DNA of 64,000 nucleotides from Pseudomonadota bacterium (GTDB lineage Bacteria; Pseudomonadota; Alphaproteobacteria; Rickettsiales; UBA8987): NCBI GenBank assembly GCA_048498735.1, contig JBEHXK010000001.1, positions 16,332 to 80,331 of the forward strand, read 5' to 3'. Shown piece by piece: positions 29,686 to 37,309 of this stretch (position 1 is its first letter; each line of letters starts with the position of its first letter). The notes under the pieces were generated by a model. It saw only the letters and a program-made list of their open reading frames with translations, ran no database searches and was not told where the DNA came from. The position numbers and the translations under genes were made by a program.

Positions 29686-30453
29686 ATGGCAGAAAAGCAC
29701 CATAGTCCGCTGGAGCAGTTTGAAATTCATCGCGTAGTTGAGCTTCATCTTGGCCATTTTGATATTAGCATAACTAACTCTACACTTTTCCTTTTTGGTG
29801 TTGTTGCCCTAATGATGATCTTTTTTGGGGTTGGCTTGAGGAATGTTTCAACCGTACCAAGTCGCTTTCAATCTCTTATAGAAAATCTATATGAGTTCAT
29901 CGCAAATACGGTTCAGGAAAATATTGGAACTGAGGGTATAAAATATCTTCCTTTTGTGTTTTCACTATTTGTTTTAATTCTTGGTATGAATCTGATGGGC
30001 CTTCTACCTTATTCATTTACCGTTACAAGCCATATTGCAACTACATTTGCCCTTGCGCTTCTATGCTTTATTATAGTGAATATAATCGGTTTTTCACGTC
30101 ATGGTCTGCACTATTTTCATATATTCGCACCTGAAGGTATTCCTATATGGATGTTGCCGATAATTTCCTTGATTGAGGTCATCTCGTACCTGATTCGTCC
30201 ATTTTCACTTGGTATAAGGCTTGCTGTTGCAATGTCCGCAGGTCATATCATCCTTAAGATTTTTGCCGGTTTCGTACTTACGTTTGTTGTGGTTCTTGGA
30301 GGTTATTTTGCAATAGCCGGGATCATACCTTTTGCAATGGTTATAGGCCTAATTGGCCTTGAACTGTTGGTGTCATTTATTCAGGCGTTTATTTTCGCAA
30401 TTCTTGTTTGCATTTATCTGAATGATGCTGTAAACATGCACTCGGAATTTTAA
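29686..30453 (+). CDS. atpB: F0F1 ATP synthase subunit a
   Basis: RPFSLGIRLAVAMSAGH (essential Arg), about 5-6 TM. Confidence 0.96.
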   Translation: MAEKHHSPLEQFEIHRVVELHLGHFDISITNSTLFLFGVVALMMIFFGVGLRNVSTVPSRFQSLIENLYEFIANTVQENIGTEGIKYLPFVFSLFVLILGMNLMGLLPYSFTVTSHIATTFALALLCFIIVNIIGFSRHGLHYFHIFAPEGIPIWMLPIISLIEVISYLIRPFSLGIRLAVAMSAGHIILKIFAGFVLTFVVVLGGYFAIAGIIPFAMVIGLIGLELLVSFIQAFIFAILVCIYLNDAVNMHSEF

Positions 30454-30497
30454 ACGAATTTGAATAAGTCTTTGTTTAAACTAACTTTATTAACTAA

Positions 30498-30737
<240 letters not shown>

Positions 30738-30793
30738 TAAATTTGATTTAGGTTAGCTGGTAATAAGGCTAACCTAATCCTTAAAACCTTAAA

Positions 30794-31276
30794 ATGCCTC
30801 AGTTACAACAAATAGATACATTTTTTTCGCAGATATTCTGGCTATTTATCTGCCTTGGAATTGTTTATATTTATATGCATAAGTTTGTTGTGCCTAGGCT
30901 TTCAGGTGTGCTTCAGAAAAGGCAGGAAACCATATCAGCTAATATCAATGAGGCTGAATATCTTCGTGATAAGGCGTCTAAAGATAATACCGATTATACA
31001 AAATTATTTGCTGATTCAAGGAGTAAGGCTTTCAATCTGATAAATGATGCATCAAAACGTGCCAATATGACTTATGAAGAAGGCATAGCCCATACTGAAG
31101 AAAAATTGAAAAAAGATATTGATAGTGCTGAAAAAGATATTAATCTTGAATTAAGTAAAGTTGAGAAGGATTTAAATAAAAACCTTCCAGCTTACATAAG
31201 TGAAGTGGTAGAGAAAATATCTGGAATATCTGCCGATAAATCAGTGGTCGATAAGATCATAGCAAAAATTAAATAG
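30794..31276 (+). CDS. F0F1 ATP synthase subunit b'
   Basis: N-terminal TM plus long coiled coil; first of two b paralogues, as in alphaproteobacteria. Confidence 0.85.
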   Translation: MPQLQQIDTFFSQIFWLFICLGIVYIYMHKFVVPRLSGVLQKRQETISANINEAEYLRDKASKDNTDYTKLFADSRSKAFNLINDASKRANMTYEEGIAHTEEKLKKDIDSAEKDINLELSKVEKDLNKNLPAYISEVVEKISGISADKSVVDKIIAKIK

Positions 31277-31292
31277 TTAGGATTTCCTAGTT

Positions 31293-31775
31293 ATGCATTT
31301 CGATGAACATTTTATAGTAGCAGTTGCCTTCGTTATATTTTTCGCTGCGACATTCAAACCAATAAAAAAAGCCCTTCTTTCAATGATGGATACCCGCATT
31401 GAAAAGATAAAACAGAACATGCTGGAAGCCGTTACTCTTCGTGATGATGCGATGAAGCTTTTTGAAGCTGCAGAGAAAAAACTCGCTCAAAGTGAAGTGG
31501 AAGCTGCCGATATTGTTGCGCACGCGCACAAGGAAGCTGAACTCATTATCGAGAATACACGTGTAAAACTTGAAAAAGATATTGAGATCAGGAAGAAGCT
31601 TGCCCTTCAAAAAATTCAGTCTTTTGAGGAAAATGCCATTAATGAATTAAAGAAAAACATATCTAACATAACTGTTGCTGCTGCTGCACAGGTGATTGAA
31701 GAAAATAACGGTGATGAGAATTTTAAAAAATCTGTTAGCAGTTCACTTGAAAAGCTTTCTAAGACTATTCATTAG
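31293..31775 (+). CDS. atpF: F0F1 ATP synthase subunit b
   Basis: N-terminal TM plus coiled coil; second b paralogue. Confidence 0.85.
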   Translation: MHFDEHFIVAVAFVIFFAATFKPIKKALLSMMDTRIEKIKQNMLEAVTLRDDAMKLFEAAEKKLAQSEVEAADIVAHAHKEAELIIENTRVKLEKDIEIRKKLALQKIQSFEENAINELKKNISNITVAAAAQVIEENNGDENFKKSVSSSLEKLSKTIH

Positions 31776-32594
31776 CATATTACTATTATTTCTGCCGGCT
31801 ACCTCAAAGGCTGGTGCATGGCTGAACCGGCCGGGCGAAAGCACTCTAATAAACTCTATTTATTATTTTCACTTCAATAAATTTGTCACTACTAATGGCC
31901 ATGTGCAAGATAGGCCTGATTTCATGAAATTTGAATATAAGCCTTATTATGAATATGGGGCTAAATGAGCGGTTTAGTGCCGGATTGTCGCCATCATTCC
32001 AGCACGTAATAGGCGAATATTTTAATGCATCAGGTAGTGGTAAAGATAAGAATGATGCATTTGTCAGCAGCGATGTTTTTTTGAAAACTAAAATGTATGA
32101 AAGTAAAGAGCAAGGTATTGCCCTTTCACTTATAACCTTAGCTGAAATACCAGGAATTTATAAAGAACAGACAACGCCATTCTTTGGTAAGCAGGAAACC
32201 TTCTGGAATGTTGGTCCTGCTATAGGAAAAAGCCTTTATAATATAGGTTCAAACTATGGCTATGTGAATTTTGAAACAAGCTACCGCAGTCGTGTTTCTC
32301 AAGCATTTACGGATGAGGGGGGGAGGAAGTGTGCGTTTTGATCTTACGGCAGGCCTGCCGATAAGTATTCGTGATTCTGCTATTTTTGATATAAATTACG
32401 TAAAAACGGTTTCAGCATATAGTTCAGCCAATTCATTCCTTGATCGTTATGGATATGACGCAATGCAATATACAATTGGCGCTAAGAGGCAATATAGTAA
32501 TTTCGCCCTTGAATATGGCTATATAATCCAGGATTATGCCAGAAACACAGGTATAGGGCAGGGAGTAAAAATATCCCTCTGGTATTTATTTTAG
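31714..32594 (+). pseudogene. outer-membrane beta-barrel protein gene interrupted by two +1 frame changes (pseudogene, phase-variable gene or assembly error)
   Basis: Three consecutive ORFs in frames 1, 2 and 0 (31696-31968, 31931-32341, 32271-32594). They give a signal peptide (LLLFLPATSKA), alternating beta-strand patterns and a terminal aromatic (SLWYLF). The shift windows contain G4 (31957-31960) and G7 (32317-32323). Start uncertain; it overlaps the atpF 3' end. Confidence 0.65.
32317..32323 (+). repeat. poly-G tract (G7) at the second frame break of the OMP gene
   Basis: GATGAGGGGGGGAGGAAG read directly; frame 2 stops at 32339-32341, frame 0 is open from 32268. Confidence 0.9.
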
Positions 32595-32596
32595 CT

Positions 32597-34384
32597 ATGA
32601 AAAAGATAGGCGAACATCTAACAGAAAAAGGTTTAATTACAGAAGAAGCTGTTCGTCGTGCATTGGAAATCCAAAATAAAACCGGTTCAAAAATAGGCAG
32701 TATACTTCAGGCAGAAGGTATGGTCTCTACCTACCATTTTTATAAGGAATTGGCAAAATTCAAAGGGTTGGAATTCGTTGATCTGCAAAAATATGATTAC
32801 AATCAAAACCTGATGGTAAAAGATGAAAAGGACGAGTATCTCGAAATGCAATACTTGCCTTTTGATTATGATGGAAAAATCTATTATGTTGCCACTTCTT
32901 CGCCTTCAGAAGAGCTAATAAATTATCTCCATCGTAAATATGTGGATATAAAATTATATATTACTTCCCCCCTTGATATATTATGGACTCTTCAGAAGTG
33001 CTTCGATAAAGAATATATATATGATGCTGCGGAGTTGCTACATGAGCAAACGCCTTCATATTCCAGTAAATTTATTTTCTCAAACACTGCGGCAAAGCTT
33101 GTGCTGGCGGTATTGGTTTTTGCCTTTATTTACTTCTTAAAGAATAAAAATTTTCTTAACGTTTTTCTTGTGGTGATGAATATATTTTTCTTTTCATCGA
33201 TAGCATCAAAGTTGATATTTTTTATAAACGGTATCAAAAAGTCTAAAGAGTCGGATATTAAAGAAACTGATGATAGCACGTTACCAATTTATTCAATCTT
33301 AGTTCCTTTATTAAACGAAAAAAAGAAAACCATCGCTCACCTCATAGAAGCTTTGCAAAAGCTTAACTATCCTAAGGAAAAACTGGATATAAAATTTATT
33401 GTTGAGATAAGTGATTATAAGACAGAAGAATATATTAAAGATTTAAGGCCCAATTATAATCTGCAGATAATTAGAGTTCCTGATAACTACCCTAAAACAA
33501 AACCTAAAGCATGTAACTATGCACTGCATTTCTGTAAAGGGGAATATGTAACCATTTATGATGCGGAAGATAAGCCGGAACCTGATCAGTTAAGAAAGGT
33601 ATTGGCTAAATTTGCCGCTAACCCTGATTTGGCCTGTGTTCAAGCTAGGCTCAACTATTATAACCGTGAGGAAAATATTCTGACTAAATTATTTTCTATA
33701 GAATATTCAAGCTGGTTTGATTACATGCTATACGGTTTGCAAAAGCTTGATCTGCCTATACCTCTGGGCGGTACCAGCAATCATTTTAAAATAGCAACCT
33801 TACGTTCAATTTTGGCCTGGGATCCATATAATGTTACTGAAGATGCCGATCTAGGAATCAGGATGGCATTCAAAGGGATGAAAACTGAAATAGTTGATTC
33901 TCTGACCTTAGAAGAGGCGCCTATAAGTTTTTCAGCTTGGCTCAAGCAGAGAACCAGGTGGATTAAAGGATACCTGCAAACCTATATAGTTCATATGCGT
34001 TCTCCAATATCAATGCTAAGGCAACTTGGTATTAAAAAATATTTAGGTTTTTTTATTTTTATTGGCGCGCCAGGTATAATCTATTTTACAGTTCCTATTG
34101 TTACTTTGATTATATTATACTGCATTATTAACGATGTATATCTCTCTATGCCGCTAACATTGCTTTCATATTTTAATCTTGCGGCTACGATATTGGTTAA
34201 TCTTTATATTGCATGCCATGTAGTAAAAAATAATGGCTGGAAGAACATGATAAGGGCAACAGCACTTTTCCCATTTTATTGGGTATTACATTGTATAGCG
34301 AGTTTCTTTTCTATTTATCAGCTTATGGTAAAGCCGCACTACTGGAGCAAAACTGAGCATGGGCTTAGTAAATTCGTTCCTTAG
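32597..34384 (+). CDS. membrane-embedded processive family-2 glycosyltransferase with N-terminal MshEN/T2SSE_N-like domain
   Basis: N-terminal tandem motif KIGEHLTEKGLITEEAVRRALEIQ-NKTGS-KIGSILQAEGMVSTYHFYKELAKF; 2 TM; GT2 boxes SILVPLLNE, DAEDKPEPD, TEDADLGIR, QRTRWIKG; at least 4 C-terminal TM. Confidence 0.85.
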   Translation: MKKIGEHLTEKGLITEEAVRRALEIQNKTGSKIGSILQAEGMVSTYHFYKELAKFKGLEFVDLQKYDYNQNLMVKDEKDEYLEMQYLPFDYDGKIYYVATSSPSEELINYLHRKYVDIKLYITSPLDILWTLQKCFDKEYIYDAAELLHEQTPSYSSKFIFSNTAAKLVLAVLVFAFIYFLKNKNFLNVFLVVMNIFFFSSIASKLIFFINGIKKSKESDIKETDDSTLPIYSILVPLLNEKKKTIAHLIEALQKLNYPKEKLDIKFIVEISDYKTEEYIKDLRPNYNLQIIRVPDNYPKTKPKACNYALHFCKGEYVTIYDAEDKPEPDQLRKVLAKFAANPDLACVQARLNYYNREENILTKLFSIEYSSWFDYMLYGLQKLDLPIPLGGTSNHFKIATLRSILAWDPYNVTEDADLGIRMAFKGMKTEIVDSLTLEEAPISFSAWLKQRTRWIKGYLQTYIVHMRSPISMLRQLGIKKYLGFFIFIGAPGIIYFTVPIVTLIILYCIINDVYLSMPLTLLSYFNLAATILVNLYIACHVVKNNGWKNMIRATALFPFYWVLHCIASFFSIYQLMVKPHYWSKTEHGLSKFVP

Positions 34385-34385
34385 A

Positions 34386-35087
34386 TTATTTTTTTAAGGC
34401 GTTAAAAATTCCACGTAGGGTGCGTACTTCCTGTTCTGTATAAAAATGCTTAGTAAAAATATTTCTGATATTGATCATCATTCCGGGCTTTTTTTCTTTA
34501 ACCTGGAAAAAGTTTTTTCCTTCAAGTTCATTTTCAAGGAATTTTACCATTTCGTTAATGTCATTTCTTTCTGCCAGGTTTGCGTTATCGTTTTGATCTT
34601 TAATTTTACCGGCAAAACTTTGTTTATAAAACTCATAACAAATAACGCATACGGCTTGAGCAAGGTTCATTGAATCATAGGCTTCACTTACGGGTATTGA
34701 GATATGATAATTGCAGTAAGAAATATCATCATTATCCAACCCACTTGATTCCCGGCCAAAAATGATACCAATTTTTCCTCGGGCAAGTTCCGCCGCACGT
34801 TCTGGGGTGATTATCTCTTTTGTTATATCTCTTGCTCTTGATGCCGTAGCAAAAAGGCAGTTTAGATCTACAACCGCTTCGGCAACGCTATTAAAAATCT
34901 TGGCATTTTCTATGATATCTGAGGCGTTGGCCGCCATATCATGAGCTTTTTGGTTAGGCCAGCCATCTCGGGGAGAAACAAGCCTAAGATCAGAAATTCC
35001 AAAGTTTTTCAATGCCCTGGCTGCGGCGCCTATATTTTCCCCCATTTGGGGCTTAACCAGAATGATTGAAATATTATTGAGCTTCAT
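34386..35087 (-). CDS. SpoU/TrmH-family RNA 2'-O-methyltransferase (TrmJ-like)
   Basis: ILVKPQMGENIGAAARALKNFG, IFGRESSGL, SMNLAQAV. Confidence 0.85.
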   Translation of the reverse strand: MKLNNISIILVKPQMGENIGAAARALKNFGISDLRLVSPRDGWPNQKAHDMAANASDIIENAKIFNSVAEAVVDLNCLFATASRARDITKEIITPERAAELARGKIGIIFGRESSGLDNDDISYCNYHISIPVSEAYDSMNLAQAVCVICYEFYKQSFAGKIKDQNDNANLAERNDINEMVKFLENELEGKNFFQVKEKKPGMMINIRNIFTKHFYTEQEVRTLRGIFNALKK

Positions 35088-35117
35088 TTGTAAATTCGCT
35101 ATACTAACAAACCTTTT

Positions 35118-35570
35118 ATGCGAATAAATGAAACAAATTCCAGTAATAAAATAGCCTCTTTGAAGAAAAAGAAAGGGGTGAGTGAAGCTGATGGTGGGCT
35201 ATTTAGCCTGTCAACCGATTCTGCAGATTCTGCACCTGCAGCTCAAAATGCACAAAATATCTCTAATATTCAATCGGTTCTCTCGCTAGATGCCTTGAAT
35301 ATATTATCTCAGGTTAACGATGAGGAATATACCCAGAAGCAAAACATAGAATGGGGAAAGGATATATTAAAACAACTTGAAAGGTTTAAGTATCAGATTC
35401 TAAATGGAAAAATTTCACATAATGCTTTACTTGAGTTGCAAAGCCGTATAAATAATATACCAATAAACCCGCAGGATCACAAGCTTAGAGGAATAATTGA
35501 AGAGATAGAGATACGCGCTGCGGTCGAACTGGAAAAATTAAAACGCTTAACCAACTCATCGGAGATGTAA
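35118..35570 (+). CDS. fliX: flagellar assembly regulator FliX
   Basis: GGLFSL, LDALNILSQV, ILKQLERFKYQILNGKIS and C-terminal IIEEIEIRAAVELEKL match my recollection of Caulobacter-type FliX. Confidence 0.72.
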   Translation: MRINETNSSNKIASLKKKKGVSEADGGLFSLSTDSADSAPAAQNAQNISNIQSVLSLDALNILSQVNDEEYTQKQNIEWGKDILKQLERFKYQILNGKISHNALLELQSRINNIPINPQDHKLRGIIEEIEIRAAVELEKLKRLTNSSEM

Positions 35571-35572
35571 AA

Positions 35573-36376
35573 ATGGCAAATAAGAAAAAAACTGCTGCTA
35601 AAAAAATAAAAAAAGCGGTTAAGAAATCTCCAGCCAAAAAAGCGGTTAAGAAGCCCGTGAAAAAAGTTGTTAAAAAATCTCAGGCTAAAGCAAAGGCGCC
35701 TGCAAAAAAAACTACTGCTAAAAAAGTTGCACCTAAAAAATCCATACAGAAAAAGCCTGCAACAAAAAAAAATGCAAAGCCATTAGCAAAAAAATCTTCA
35801 GCTCCGAAAAAAGAGATTGCAGTTAAGCAAACAAAAACTATAAAGGCACCTCTTGCAGGAAAATCTTCAACACCTAAATTGAATCCTGCAGTTAAAAACG
35901 CAAAGAGGAATAATATAATTAGTATGCCTGCAAAATTAGCACCAAAACAAGGGTTGGCAAAGAAGCTTGAGCTTCCTCAAGGTTACAAGCCTGTCGAAAA
36001 AGAAGAATATATGAACCCTCAACAGTTGGAATATTTCCGTCGTAAACTTGATGACTGGAAGAAAGACCTTCTTCAGGAATCAACTGAAACCATTCAGCAT
36101 CTTCAAGCGGAAACATGGAACGAGCCAGATCCATCTGATCAGGCAACCATAGTTGAGCAAACTGGTCTTGAACTTCGCACGCGTGATAGATATCGCAAAC
36201 TTATTGCTAAAATTGATGCAGCCCTCAACCGTATTGAAATAGGCGAATATGGTTATTGTGAAATCACGGGTGAACCTATAGGTATCAAGCGCCTTGAAGC
36301 AAGGCCAATTGCAACCATGACAATTGCTGCTCAGGAGCAGCATGAAATGGAAGAAAAAATGAGCCTTGAAGGCTAA
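35573..36376 (+). CDS. dksA: RNA polymerase-binding regulator DksA with long lysine-rich N-terminal extension
   Basis: Core: coiled-coil tip DPSDQA (DxxDxA), YGYCEITGEPIGIKRLEARPIATMTIAAQEQHE (one of four zinc-finger Cys kept, as in alphaproteobacterial DksA); residues 1-131 are AKK/PKK repeats. Confidence 0.88.
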   Translation: MANKKKTAAKKIKKAVKKSPAKKAVKKPVKKVVKKSQAKAKAPAKKTTAKKVAPKKSIQKKPATKKNAKPLAKKSSAPKKEIAVKQTKTIKAPLAGKSSTPKLNPAVKNAKRNNIISMPAKLAPKQGLAKKLELPQGYKPVEKEEYMNPQQLEYFRRKLDDWKKDLLQESTETIQHLQAETWNEPDPSDQATIVEQTGLELRTRDRYRKLIAKIDAALNRIEIGEYGYCEITGEPIGIKRLEARPIATMTIAAQEQHEMEEKMSLEG

Positions 36377-36394
36377 TTTTCTAAACTTAACTTC

Positions 36395-37222
36395 ATGCCA
36401 GAAGAACAAGAACATAAATCCCCTGAAGTAGTCACTCATCAGGGGGATAAGTTTGTTCGCATAGATCCTGAAGATATAGACCTTAATTCAATGACAGAGG
36501 TGCAGAAGGTTACTGACGTTATTGCTGGGCAGGTTATTAAAGGCGATGTTAAGGTAGTTACTAAACGTGGCAATAAAGTAGAAACGATCAACCATGCAAA
36601 AGTTGGTGATTGGGTGGTTTATAATACTGGTTCCAGCAATCTTCTTACGATTCCGGATAAGCTTCTTGCCAGCGAGAAAAAAACCATCAGTAAAACTAAC
36701 TTTCCATATCTTTATCGCGCTGATGGAGAAATATTATCTATATCGCCGGAAGACATAATTCGACTTACACAAGATATCATCCTTGATAATATAGATAACG
36801 CTGAGTTTAGTGACACCACTTTTTTGCATAACTTACGTAAGTATAAATATGTTGGCAAATCAGTTTATGCATATCATGTGCCGTTTAATTTTGTGATACG
36901 CGCACCCTGGGGTAGTGATCAGTTCATAAAAAGAGGTGGGCACCTTATTTATGATCCAAATATTTCTGATTCTGAAAATAAGGAAATATATGGTATTGAA
37001 GGAGCTCATGACCGCTTGCCTGGTGAATTTGAGAAAACTTTTGCACTCACACCTGGTGGTAAAACAAAAAATAAGCAGATAATTGCAGATACATTTAAAC
37101 TGGCAATAAGATGCGATAGAAGCCCTATAGCCGGCATACAATATAATAATCGTGATCTGGCATTTGCCTATGAAAGGGCGCATAAGAAAATGCCTCACTT
37201 CTTAGAGAAGTTCCTGAAATAG
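36395..37222 (+). CDS. hypothetical protein
   Basis: 275-aa ORF 18 nt after dksA; no recognisable motif. Confidence 0.5.
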   Translation: MPEEQEHKSPEVVTHQGDKFVRIDPEDIDLNSMTEVQKVTDVIAGQVIKGDVKVVTKRGNKVETINHAKVGDWVVYNTGSSNLLTIPDKLLASEKKTISKTNFPYLYRADGEILSISPEDIIRLTQDIILDNIDNAEFSDTTFLHNLRKYKYVGKSVYAYHVPFNFVIRAPWGSDQFIKRGGHLIYDPNISDSENKEIYGIEGAHDRLPGEFEKTFALTPGGKTKNKQIIADTFKLAIRCDRSPIAGIQYNNRDLAFAYERAHKKMPHFLEKFLK

Positions 37223-37309
37223 CACGTTCTTATCAGAATGTACTTAAAATCGGTCTATGCATGAGGTTTATTCTTTATGTAACAAGCCTTAAATGCTTAT
37301 CATTTTCGC

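Noticed and set aside
31928-32341. UGA-to-Trp recoding as an explanation for the split OMP gene
   Set aside because: The breaks are frame changes, not in-frame stops. TGA clearly terminates mlaE-like (19955-19957) and MCE (21563-21565) genes at family-typical C-termini, so code 11 applies.
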